From Paraspadella gotoi (taxonomy: Eukaryota; Animalia; Chaetognatha), in contig CM119270.1 of NCBI GenBank assembly GCA_051294375.1, positions 18,960,770 through 19,001,005 of the forward strand: a DNA stretch of 40,236 nt, in the 5' to 3' direction. Within the stretch, counting starts at the first letter, position 1, and every line of letters begins with the position of its first letter. The notes below the pieces were generated by a model. It was not told the DNA's origin. It was given only the letters and a program-made list of their open reading frames with translations, and ran no database searches. Shown piece by piece: positions 14,349 to 26,739 of this stretch. Made by a program: the position numbers and the translations under genes.

Positions 14349-15200
14349 AACCCTTAAGGCGATAATACTAACCAAGCGCTACATAAACGTCAGCCCCCCC
14401 GCGCTCTCCTGCATTTCTCTCGCAAACGCCACTGCACAAACCAGCTGTCGCCTACGCGGACCCGCCGCCCACTCAACCGGAAGCGCACGTCGAGGCAGGA
14501 AAAAGATTTATAAACGTTTGAATTACGCACTCTCCCATCGTGATTACGCCAACGTGAGTCCGAGGGTCCAGACCGCACTCGACCAGAGTTCTCTCCCTGA
14601 AAACAGAGCACGCACAGAGACACAATCACCTTGTTTTGACGGACGCGAAGATTTAAACGCTGGAGGAATTTTAGTTGCTCTGGAAAGCCAAAGAGCGAGA
14701 GCGTGCCGGAAGGCTGCTATAGGTCGTGGCGGTCAGAGGTGGGCGAGGAAAACTCCGGATGTTCTCTATTGAGTTTTTCAATTGGAGCGTCACCGAGCGG
14801 ACGGCAGGAGGATGCACACCGAGAAAAAACGCACAAATTAAAAGCGTCAGACAGTTCGGCGCCAACAAAAGCTCGGGGCCTGGCAGGAGGGAGGAGAAGG
14901 CAGAGGAGGGAGGGTATAACGCGGTTGAGTGTAATAGTGGAAATCGATTTGGATATCGGAGAGAGTGCTCGGGTGTTGAGCTCTGAGTGAGAGAACAAAA
15001 ATAATGGCGCGCCACGTCCTCGGGACGTCTATTTCTCGTTGAAAGGATGATAGGAAAGTTCGAAACTTTTGGATAAGTGAGGTGGAAATGAGGGATACAG
15101 ACATCAAGGAAAAGAGCGTACAGAGCAGAGGAAACACGAGACACGATAACCGAAAGCGACGGACGCGCAGAACAGGCTTTTATATTAGAAGGCATGAATA
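11335..15200 (+). other. Insertion-rich noisy duplicate of ~2725-4600 (probable long-read gap-fill artefact)
   Basis: Collinear anchors: aaccctccatcgtttaagatt (3395 vs 12665), (GA)n-aaagaaacc (3950 vs 14343), aatcaccttgtt...cgaagattt (4091 vs 14624), atggcgcgc (4474 vs 15004). Confidence 0.75.
14311..14345. repeat. (GA)n microsatellite (counterpart of 3857-3946 in the duplicated segment)
   Basis: Directly visible, followed by aaagaaacc as at 3951. Confidence 0.9.
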
Positions 15201-18200
15201 GAGTTATAATTTTGATTTAGTGCCTGTATTTTAATTAAATTCCTAATCAAGTAATAACCGCAATTTATAAAAAGCTAAAACCTTTATACTTTTTTCACTT
15301 CCATATATATATCATAAAGGCAAAAAAAGACGCAACGATACCATACTAAACACAACAAAAAATATTAGGGGAGACATACATACCAACTAAACTTAAACAC
15401 AACAATCAAAACATATCAATCATGAGAGAGCACAAACTGTCCATACGAGAGCTTTTTTCGGAAAATTCATTCAATGACAACTATGCAACGACAGGCACTC
15501 AGAAACCAGACGAACAGTCGCAGTCAGGGGAAGTAGCCGAGACAGAGAAAAGACAAGAGGGACAGAAGACAGAAGACAGGAGTCAGAGTCCAGAGTCAGA
15601 ATGACGTTTCTCGTGGCAAAATCACCTCTGAAGCAAAACAACCACTGATTTTCGGTCGCTACGTAACCTGGCCGGGCTCTTCACAATCACATTGATCGCA
15701 AACTGCTCACTCGACTCGTAAATAATTTTCAAGCGATCGCGAGGAATTGTGGGTCTCTTTTTATCAAGTATCTATTTCCAGTCTGCTCAGGTCTCATAGA
15801 CTCACGTCCATCGCATCGTCTTCTGAGTCTCTCACGACTCATCTCGCAAAATCTCTGCTACTTGAACAGCGGTTCGGAATTTCTCATCTGGTGAAGGCGT
15901 GGAACTAGAGCATCAGGTCAACGAGCCAATTCAAAAAAAAAAAAAAAAAAATATACGATGGCTCGTTGGTCTATCGTCGGTCATCTGATTTCTCTTCCGC
16001 TTCTGGGGTGCGAAAAGACGGCCCTCTCCCATTCGTTTTCCTCCTCCCTGCGGTTTTCGATCTTACGCGGCGGAAACTTATCGTTCGGGAGGGCCTCCCG
16101 ATCCGCTATTTCTCCATGGGCCACATATTCCTTCCTCTATTATCTTAATCTTCTACTTCTCTTTCTCTTCTCGCTAAGGCCTCACTCCTCTGACATTCTT
16201 TCTGCAAGCGTATTATCTCTTCGTCATCTCAGTCTGCAGTTCCTGTCTCCCTCAGGTAATTCGGGAGTCTTTGCGTCAAAGCGAGGCTGGCGACGGCTCA
16301 ACGCTCGAATCTCCAAAACTGGAAACTGCTCCGTGCGGGCGCAGGCCGTCGAGTCCTTCACCGAGCCTGTCGCCAGGACACGAGCGCGGAATACCTTGTC
16401 TTCGGTACGCAATTGTGGGTAGGGCTTCGGACCGCGGAAGATTAGTTTGCGCGGTTGCGGACTCTGTTGTTACGCGGTGTCGTCGACGATGTCCGAACGG
16501 AGAGAATTTTGTGCCGGCTTGTCGTGGGCCAGCAACGACGGAGAGCGTCGTATCCCCTTAAGGGTTCACCAAAAAGCGCTGAATCCTCAGGACGGTTGGG
16601 GCTAGTGCGATGTCACTGGATGGCAACATTACGAATTAGTGTGCTTTTGAATCGGCACTGAAGCACAACATGCAGCTGCAGAAGTCTCTGGGATGTTTTA
16701 ACCTAGATTCATGGTAAAAGGAAACTTATAATTAGAGGAAGGAATATGGGCGAGGGCGACGAGGGTAGATGATGCGTCTGCAGGAGGACAACCTAATTAT
16801 TTTAGTGAAGGACGGTTAACTACATTCTTTCTAACACAGTGGGGGTGGTAAAATCGTATTTTTTTATGCCGAGTCGATAAAAAAAAAAGTAAGGAAAAGG
16901 TGAAAACATAAAGCTTTAATTTTTCGACATTAATTATAGGAACGGAAAGTTATCGTGTTCGAACCTGCTCTAGAGGCTCCCTTGAATAGACTCACGATGA
17001 GAGACTCATTGTCATGGGCCTCCAGAGCCAAAACACTAAAAGGACCAGCAGCATCGCAATTTTTAAAAGGCGTGTTTAGCTATTTTGTTTGAGGGTCGCG
17101 TCGTGAACGCACGATTTGTCTATTGAAATAAACTGCATGTTAAATAATTAATATGATCTCACTCATTCTTTCTCTCTCTTTCTCTTTCTCACTTTCTTAA
17201 ATTTTTTCCTTGGGTGTAATTCAATAAATCACAATCAAGTACTCCCAGCACTCTAAAAAAGCGGGAAACTAAAATCATAACACACAAACCCAAAACAAAA
17301 GCTCCTTCCCAAATTTGGGGTGCCCGATCGAGGAGATCAGAATGTTTCTCAACAGTATCTCTCGCGGGATAATTTAACGTTAAATTTTTAGATAAGCGCA
17401 TAAAAACTTTAACTGTATGACAATTACCGCCATGTCAGTTTTAGGAACGAACTTATTACTCCTGAGTAGTCTTCCTATTTTGGATATTGAAGCAGTTAAA
17501 AGATAAGAGGCCTTTTCCATCTTTTTATGCGTTGTTAATTCGGATGCACACCTGCCGCGAATCTCAAGCTTTAGAGATTGACACCAATAAACTATTGCGA
17601 TTAGTGATGAAATGGATAATATATAATCTGTGCATATTTAAATTGTGGTGGCATAAATACAATTTTGGATATATGGGTTTCTTAACTGTGATAGTTAAAT
17701 TTCTGTAAATGCAAATTACTGCTCAATAATTAAAAATTACACCACTCTTTCCATTTTCATTATTTTCATTACAACCCGTAAAGTTCAGGACAACCTTTAT
17801 TCTTACCAAGAACTGCCGAATTAACGTCTTCAGGGTTGGGGGAGACGCCAGTTAGCACTAAATCTGACTTTAGATATTTATAAGAGAGGTTTTATCCACA
17901 CATAAACCGGTTGCTAATTTTACACACCCTCGGGTTTGGCAATTGATCTCACTTTTTTTTCAATTTTAAAGTTTTGTTCTCGATTCTAATTGCACTTCCT
18001 CTCCCAGATTGAAGTTGATTATTCTCAATCTTACTTGTACTCTATTAAGGACGTTTGCTTCCGGGGGATTAGCTTTTCCTTAAATGGTTTTACGATCCAA
18101 CGGCGCTCGCTTAGCATAAGCGAGTTGAGGTCTTACCCTTTATTCCGGGTATCAGATACTCTCGGATCCTTCCAATTAATGTATATCGATATATATATGT

Positions 18201-21200
18201 TTACCCGAACAGCCAAGGCTTGCGTTCAGATTCCCGCGGATGATTTTGACTGCAAGACGATGGGCGAAGCCTTCTGAATCTCTTTAGCTCGTCTCTCTTC
18301 CCACTCGGTAATTTTCGGCATCGCGGATCTTGGATTTTAAAATCTAGCAATAGAGCCAAAGACATAATAATCTTTGAAAATTGATGTGCCGGGTCTGGGT
18401 TATGTAGAGATATAGAAAAAAGTTTTGGATGGATTATATATCCTGCTCTTCCTTATCCTCAAGAAATGTAGAGTGAACCAATAGAGTTATATTAAATGAG
18501 TAAAAATAGAATATCCTATTATTCGGTGTGTCACTCATTTTTCCCTGGGTCACTTACAGATTTGGTGTGGACTCTTTTTCGGGGAATAAGGAATTTTTCA
18601 ACTCGGTATCTTTTTGTAACCTTCTGAAACCTACCGAGGGGTCACTGTCGGTATATCCCCGGATCAAAGATCGGGGTTTTCTCTATAAAACAATATGACA
18701 CGATGAAAAACGGGTAAGTTTTTGAAACGGACATCGCAAGGATTAACTAAAAACAAATTATTTCTTTTACTAAGAACAACTATTTATCTAAGAAGTAAAA
18801 TACTAGAATATAATAGAATTAGTTATGACGCAAAAAAGGACTAATATTTCACTTGAGCAACGTTTTGTAACATTGGAATTCTATACCGTATGATAATCCT
18901 CCCAACAATTTACAAAACTATATTATACAAGACTAAAATCAACGAACCACTGAAAAAATCTTGATTTATACAGTACATACACATGCTGTTTTAGTTTCGT
19001 AATGTTCTCAAAACAAGACGGAGCGCATAAAACGATAGAACTAATATTTTTGAGCAAATAAAACAGTCAGACGAGCTGAAAATGAGTAGAACATTTTGAA
19101 TAAACTTATATTGATATCTCTTTCTAAAAATTGGGTTTATATAAAGTAAAACCTCCAAAAAAACTGAGTTCTTGCCGAGCATTTTATTGTACTAATTGGT
19201 GAAATCATAAAATCGTTCAAAAGTGGAAGAGACAACAGATTATATTGTTTATGCTTCCTCGTGGAGCAGGTTATTTATAACGGAGTTCCGCCACCAGCGG
19301 AAACCCTGAATCACGAAGCACGGTCAAAATGTAATTATCTCTCGGCATACACAGTGTAATTAGATGGTCGGAGAGCTTACGGCGCGGCTTAATCCCATGG
19401 ATATCGTCATTGCATGTTGGCGTGAACTCAATTTTGAAGAAGTCACTAGCTTAATTCAAGAAGTATCGCCGTTAATTGATGCGTGTCGAGCTTTTGCCTC
19501 CCCCGGCTACCATTTGATAGTATATATATAAAGACTTATTTTGAATGATATGAGTGATATCTTTTTTTAACTAAAAACTTTATTTTGGAGAAAAACATCT
19601 GTAGAATATTAATTTCAGACGCACTAAAAAAAATTGCTAGCAATTTGGGGTCGTGGTATCTGTAATCGGCTCAGGGGACCTCGGTAGGATTTTATTATAA
19701 TTTGGAGAGAGGGCCTATTAATTTATATATAGGTACGAAAGGTAAAGAACCTAACAGGCATATAGGGTCGTTTAATAATTTAATTTTATTACTGTCTCAC
19801 TTACATTTTTGTTATTTTTATATGTGGCACCGTTTCGTTTTATGTGTTCTATGTTTAGCTACAGTCTTTTAGATAGGGTAGAAGAGGGAAGATTTATGAA
19901 AATCCGAGCGAAGAGAGAAGCAAGTGAATGTTTATAAATTTGTAGATGAAAATGGGAGATTGTATAGTTTAGAAGTACAGAATTGAGTACGCGAGTACAG
20001 TAGAAGCCGGATTTGAGAAATACGACGAGAGAGATGTTAACTTCATTTTGTTCGATACTAAACATGCAAGGTTGGTGAGTAGGGAGAGAGGTGAAGAGGG
20101 GGGAGGACAGGAGAAAAAGAATAGGAGAGAGTTTTCTAAAAAGAATTTCGAGAGTATTGTAAGATAAGGCATGGATCAAAGGGATAAGTAATTGAGCTAC
20201 ATGTCTTTGTGGAAAAGTTTTGTGATGGTGTTGAGGAAAACACACGAGGAGAGCACGAGGAGTACAGGATGAATTAGTTTAACAGAGAAATTAATACATT
20301 TTGTGTTAAACGATATTAACATATGTATATAAATATTACTATTGAGAGAGAGAGGAAGTTAGAAGAATGAAGAAGAAGACTTAAACGAGACGAAAGGAGA
20401 GAAAGAGTAAGTTAATTAGCTGATGAGTAGATATGGAGATGAGAAGGAGAGAGAGATAGAGTTAGGGAAGTAAGATGGGGAAGAGGGTAAAGATAGAGGG
20501 AAATGGGGAAGATTTAAGAAGAATATTTTTGTGAGGGGGATAAGATATAAAATTTAATGATAGGTTTATAGCCAAACTTGGTTTTTCACACGGACATTAC
20601 AAATTTAATTACAGTTAAAACAAATCTCTTTTGAGTTACATGAGCAGACAGAGAAGATTAAAATAGACGTCGGCGTCACGATCTCTATTTGCAGTTCAAA
20701 ACTAACTTTATGTATTGATTAAGGTTTACTACCCAGATACCCTTATCTCTCCATCAGGATCAGCTTTTTGCCCATACATTAACCATGTTAGACTTGACGA
20801 TAATCATACCAATTTAATAATTTAAATCATTTCGCTTCATCTTTCTTCTCGACTAACTCGAACTTTGATGGTTTGGGTACCAAAAATTATTACATAAAAT
20901 TTTGTTGGATTTCAACTCTGAATCAGAAATAGATAAGACAATGCTGGAGGTCGACACTCGTCATTGTCACGGAATTTTCACTTAACAAACGCAATTAAAT
21001 CGCCATGCTGACAATTCCGATGGTTTCGCCGTGGCTATACAAAATATAATATAGTTGGCTTGTCTCTCTTAAATATTATTTTATAAAAAGTGGATAGTTT
21101 TGATGATATATTACCTTAGTATAGATTACTTAGATTAGTTTAGCATAACATATTTACTTTCATTTATATGGTTGATCTAAAACTTCCATTTTTTTTTTAA

Positions 21201-23408
21201 ATTTTAGTTTTGTTCGATCTAATTTGCATATACAGTATATTTATTCCGAGGCGGCAAAAGATTACGAAAAATTTCTTTGGGCTAAATGGCGCTTAAAATC
21301 TTGTGAATATAACTACGACGTCTTAAAAACGTCCCGCTGGATATAAATAAATGTTTTAGCTTTTAGTAAAAATTCCCTTCCCTATATAACTATTTTTTAA
21401 AATTTTTTCCTTAATTTTTTATAGATACTACGTAAATATAAATAAAGTTTTGTACGTGAAATTATTTATTTAAACTACTTTTTACTTCCTTTATCTCTCT
21501 GTATCTTAAAANNNNNNNNNNNNNNNNNNNNNNNNNGTCGAATATTTTTTGGATGGACATAAAAGAAAACATCGTTTTAGACCTTTTGTAAAAACCTTCA
21601 TATAACTATTTTTTTTAAAAATTTTTTCCTTAATTTTTTATAGATTACGTAAATATGAAATAAAGTTTTGTACGCCATGAAATATATTTAAACGTACGTT
21701 TTACTGTCTTTTCCGCTATTAAAAAGATCATGTTAATAGTATTTATATTTCCTTTATTTTTAAAACATTTATAGTTTCATAATGTCCGATATCAAAATTA
21801 TCAAATGCAAATCCTTTTTTGTTCGTGTTTTTAGATATGACAAATAAGGGTAAATGATAATTTTTTTTAAAAAAGTTACTTATTCTATTTATTCCTTAGA
21901 ATTGTCAATAGAAAAAAATAAAAAAAATAATAGTACCCAATAGTTTAGGTTATTCTCAAATAGATGGAAAAAAAAAAAAAACCTCATTAAAAATTCGATC
22001 GGGAAGTAGAGGTACTAGGCTTACCAATGGCATCCCCACGCCGATTTGTTCTCTCAAATAAAATTTTTTTATTTAAACATTTGAAAAAAAGGGGAAAAAA
22101 AGGGAAAATTCAGAATGCATGGATAAAGGGTACAGATAATCTGGACTTACTGAAAATTGATAACCATGACCTTTTATATCTTGTTTGAAATTGGGAGCAG
22201 TAAAAGATAATCTAAAAACAATTAGAATCATTAAGTCAGTCCACATGAACCCTTCTAATGGGCTATTACGAGAAAATTTTATAATTAAAAATGGCATGAT
22301 AAATTAATAAAATTAATCGTTAATTTAAAAGGGAAAAAAACTTACTCAATACAATTAACACAATAGGACTTCTTTATCAAATAATTGCCAGTTAATATAT
22401 TTTTTAAAACTTTATTATGATTAAACAAGCAGCCACCCTGTGTCAAGCTTTTTTTAGTTTGCAGTTAAAAATAATGGAAAAATGGCTAATTTTTTTTCAC
22501 AGACAAAGAAGGTAGATTTCCAGACTGTTATATCAAGCTGAAAACATTTTTTGTATTTATCATTTTGCATATTAAAACAAACATTTTATCAAAGCTACAA
22601 CCTAATTTTTGCTTTTTTTACCTTTAAACCTTTATAAAAATTAACAGTTTATGAATAAAGAAAATTTAATTAATAATCAAAAGTAATTCAGTCTTTTCTT
22701 TTTTCAAATTAACAAAAAGAAAAAATAAAAAAAATCAATGCCCTTCATTGAAATTTTTTTTAAAGGGCAAAAAACTGTTATACGTTTAACTCTGATCTTT
22801 AAACAAAAGCCTGGTAATAAAAATTTTATGGATTTATTTAATAAAACCTTTTTAGAGAAAGGTAGTCCCATTGATTAGCGCCTTCAATTTGATACTACAT
22901 CCTTCATTCTTGCTAGCTCTTTTCTTTCAAAAGTTTAATTTTAAACAAAATAACTTTTTTTTCAAACTACGCAGTACAAATCTTTTGTTACAAATAAAAA
23001 TTTTGGCCAAAGCGAGATCCCACCCTTATTCTATTGATACCAATACTCTAAATTTAAAATAAAACTTAAGAAAATTTTTTTAGTCATTTAGAGACATACA
23101 CTTCAGATGTACCCATCCGATAATAATATTATTTTATTTCCCAAAAAAAACAGCCCTACATTAAAAAAGTGAATTTTTTAAACTTTAAAAATTGTTGGAA
23201 AAAAATTTTTCTCCCGACCTATGCTCATGAGAATAATTGAGTTTGCCATTAGAAAAATCAAAACATATCAAAAAAAATAAAAAAATCAGCCTCTAGAAAA
23301 ATTGAAAGGCAGAGGCTGATTTTTTAGAATTGCAATTTTTTTTTTCCTAACTTCAAAATCCATTATTTCTCAAGTTCAAATATTTTCTCCAAAAAATCAT
23401 TCAATTAA

Positions 23409-23724
23409 AGTTAAATAACAGGAATTTCTAGGCGAAAACCAAAGTGAGATTTTATTTCTTCAGAATTAAGACAATACATACAAAGACGCGTTTTCAATTT
23501 CTTGAGGACAAAGAAATCAATACAAGCTTGGGTCCCTATTTATACCCTGCGATCGGATCGGAGGTAAGGGAAAGTTACAGCCAAAGAGAAGCCCCATCTG
23601 CCCATTGGCCGATGCCATTCTGTCTTTCAACCCAATGAGAATGGTTCCATCTACTTCCGGCGGAGTTTGCTCGCATTCGCCGATCGCGATTTCGATTCTG
23701 GAGTCCTTATTCCTCGGCGATGCG
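23409..23724 (-). repeat. 3' LTR (about 315 bp)
   Basis: Following the PPT on the minus strand, in order: CCAAT (23608-23604), TATAAATA (23544-23537), AATAAA (23456-23451), then an abrupt return to AT-rich DNA. Canonical TG...CA termini are not cleanly seen and there is no partner LTR in the window. Confidence 0.65.
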
Positions 23725-23742
23725 TTTCCCCCCCCCCTCCTC
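23725..23742 (-). other. Polypurine tract of the LTR element
   Basis: GAGGA-G10-AAA on the minus strand, directly between the env-like region and the LTR-like block. Confidence 0.7.
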
Positions 23743-23779
23743 AGACGACGCTACCGCAGTCGGTAGGCCTGGAGTTGCA

Positions 23780-25845
23780 ACCGCCGAGCGGAACGCAAGA
23801 TCTGTTCTGAACCTGGTTCAAGCTCAGCATCTCCCGGTTTCTCTCGCCCATCTGGGACGAGCAGGGCGGCAAGCAGTAGGCAGCATTCTATTGCCTATTT
23901 TATTAGTTATTAAGGCGATAGTGACGAATGGTATGAATTGGTTTGCATCGGCAAGCCAAGGCCATCTTGGTAGATCCGTCCAAAATATTCTTTTGATTGT
24001 TTATATGAGGAGTATCCCCTCACATTCCCAGGGTCTTCATCGTGTTTCGTGAGGCTCCTGCTGGGTTTTTGTTTACTGTCGTCCTAGCTTCGGGCAAGAA
24101 ATTCCCCGACCTTGAGTATACTATTTTTGTCCCGTCAGAGGACTCCGATTCGTGGCAAGTCCGGGACATTGCTGGCAATCGGAAATATAATCGGTCGTGT
24201 GTTTCGCCGCCCATGTGCCCGGTATTCACTGCCCATGAGCGGTATGGCGCGGGTTATGAGCATGGTCGCGGTCGTTGTTGATGACTGTATCCCACATTCA
24301 TGGATGAGTGGGCATCGGAATGCTTCCGGTCCTCTGAGGTTATGGGGAGATGTATGCTGAACCCTTCCCCATCGCACGTTAACAATTCTTTCGGGTTTTC
24401 GAATGTGAGGCGGAGCGTCTGGCACATTTGGCAGTCTCTTAGACTCAGTGACCAATAATCCCTCTGGATGCTGAAAATTACCCCTCTTTTGTTTTTAGAA
24501 ATGTTGTCGAGTGGTTGTTATGGGCGATGGAGCTGCTGCTTGTGCTCTGCGACTGAGGTCCGCAGATCTCTCTTTTCGCATCGCTCTTGGAAGCAGCGGC
24601 CACGACGGTTTTCCTGTGTCCAGCGCAGCCTTTATCCTGTCTTCCGCAAGCCGTACGAGTTTTTCGTCGGAGTCAGATCACGCGTGACGTGTTGTTGTGA
24701 AATAGAAAGTTGATGAGAGTTTGTCTCTGACGCTGATGTCACACCCAGGCACTTCCTTTGTTTTCCTTTCCATCCACGCGCGAGGGTAATAAAAATCTTA
24801 TTGTTGTTCACCAACGAATGGGTGCGCAGCGTTCATAATTGCCTCAAGTGATCCCCGGTCGGCTGAATGAGGAAGTGAGGGCATTGTTTCCCAGCACTGA
24901 AGCATCTTCTTTAACTTGCCTTACTGTCTTTGCATTGGTGTTTTCGGTTTCTCTAGGGTGTGCAGTTCTTTCAGTGCTTGCTCTCCTATTCTCCGGTCAG
25001 TAGGCTACCGTGATGAAAAACCTCGGCGTGCGAGCTAATTGGTCCTGCATAGCCCGATATGCTCGACAAGTTGATCTTCCAGGCTAAGGATTTTCCTCCC
25101 GGGTAGTGCATGATGTGCTTGCTCTGTACAATCGTTTGTCTCGGCATGTTGTTGAGTTTGTTGTTGGATAGGCTGGATTCTTTTGGCTCGTTAGAGGGTG
25201 AGGTAATGTTGAAGTGTTGCACGCTCCCACCATTTCATACATTATATCATTGAAAAAATTTAATTTCGCCGGTACAGTAACCATCCGCGCGGTGTGCCCA
25301 CTTCGTAAGTAGCTTGAGAAGTCCAGATTTGCTTCCCTTGATCCTGTAGTGTTCCATGCGTTTCCAGCTCGATTTGCCAAATCTTACTGGGATGTTCTCC
25401 AGGTCCAGGAGACCGCTTTCTCCTTTTGTGGGGAGGTTCAGCCATTGGCTCTTGTGAGAGTGAATATGGTTCCACAGCTTTTAGATTTGGGTTAAACTGG
25501 ATGGACCGACCATCCAACACACGCTTCCAGAGGCCATGATTTGAGATCACAACCCTTCCCATCGTGTTTTTCTTTTCGGCGCGATAAAAACTAACTCGCA
25601 GCACATGATCTCTCTTCTGTGACTTTGGTTTGATGTATCGCAGTGGTGTTGCGGGATCGAGCATAGTCGCGGCGTGGTTTGACGTTTCTTGTTGCAATTC
25701 ACTATTATTTGGTATTGACGTTCTAGTTGTGTTGTCCTCTCTTTTTTCTGGGGTGCTGAGCTCTCGGTGACTAGGAGAGGCCCACGTCTAGAAGACTGCT
25801 AAGCCTCTGATAAGATTGGACGACAAAAATTCATCTTACTTTCAT
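23780..25845 (-). pseudogene. Env-like membrane glycoprotein region (frameshifted), class III fusion-protein-like
   Basis: It lies between integrase and PPT. Candidate ATG at 25845 with hydrophobic patches, spaced cysteines (IIVNCNKKRQ...SIPQHHCD; NDCT...SCT...GGKSLAWK...TCR), and an aromatic FWTDLPRWPW segment followed by hydrophobic FIPFVTIALI near the 3' end. Boundaries are approximate. Confidence 0.55.
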
Positions 25846-25849
25846 ATTT

Positions 25850-26095
25850 TTTTGATTTGATCTTTTTAGAAATAGTCTTTTAAAAGAGAGACTTTTGGGC
25901 TTAGTCTTTAAAAAGACCTCTTTTGGTTTTAATATATTTTTGATCTTTTTAGAATAGTCTTTGAAAAAGACTTTTGGGGACTTAGTCTTTAAAAAGACCT
26001 CTTTTGGTTTTTGTATATATATTTTTTTTTTTTTGATCTTTTGAATAGTCTTGAAAAAAGACTTTTGGGCTTAGTCTTTTAAAAAGACTTTGATT
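25850..26095. repeat. Three-copy tandem array (about 80-90 bp unit) with internal hairpins
   Basis: Unit approximates tttgatcttttagaatagtctttgaaaaagacttttgggcttagtctttaaaaagacctcttttggtttt. Each unit has two GTCTTT...AAAGAC-type inverted repeats. Confidence 0.85.
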
Positions 26096-26739
26096 TTGTT
26101 TCGCTTTCTTTTCTTCTTGAAGCGAGAGAGAGATCACAAATTTATATTTTTTGTTTCTCTGGAGAAAGTAAGGGTTGAGAGAGAGCTAATATTCTCGAAA
26201 TGGAGAAGTTTGGGGTCTCTCTGGTCCCTTTGTTATATCCCTCGAATTTTCTCGCTTCTTTCTGCTTTGGCTTTTTTTGTGTGAGACGGGGCTTCCGTTA
26301 TGCTTGTTCTTCCCTCGTCCCGTCTCGCGTCGTGTTGGACGTCTTTTGTTTATCTTGTTCTCGCCTTTTTTCTCTGTCTTCGCCGCGCGGTTCTTTTTGT
26401 GTTCGTGGGAAAATTTACTATTATCAAAGACATCAAATTCCCATCGCATGTAACTCCGTGATGCGATAACTTCTTATAGAGTGCGCGTGTCTCTTACTTC
26501 TCTAAGTATGTTTTTCTCTCGTGAACTAAGCGGCTTTTTATCACTCAGAACACACTCAGTCATCAGTTGTTCTCAACTTCTTCTAATAATTCACCATATG
26601 CCATACTGTTGTATTTACATGAGACGCCGAGTCGAACACAACATAAATTACCTTATCTTTTCATAACGGGCTTGCAGTTTTTATTTTTTGTGTGCTTAAA
26701 AATAGTAATTATTAGAGAAGAGCTGTCTGATATTTCACG

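Noticed and set aside
15932-15951. Poly-A run suggesting a retroposed insertion tail
   Set aside because: No target-site duplication, polyA signal or recognisable LINE/SINE body upstream.
16256-16660. GC-rich plus-strand segment after a pyrimidine tract and CAG, a possible exon of another gene
   Set aside because: It lies in error-rich sequence, no frame gives a recognisable domain, and CAG|GTAAT could equally be a donor.
24020-24300. Integrase zinc-finger-like strings (GHMGGETHDRLYF; DYISDCQQC)
   Set aside because: The strings are in different frames and lie downstream of the integrase C-terminal GPY/F motif, just ahead of a TM-like segment and the PPT. They fit a Cys-rich env ectodomain better than an HHCC domain.
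25850-26095. CRISPR-like appearance of palindromic repeats
   Set aside because: Units are contiguous with no unique spacers, there are no cas genes, and the context is eukaryotic.
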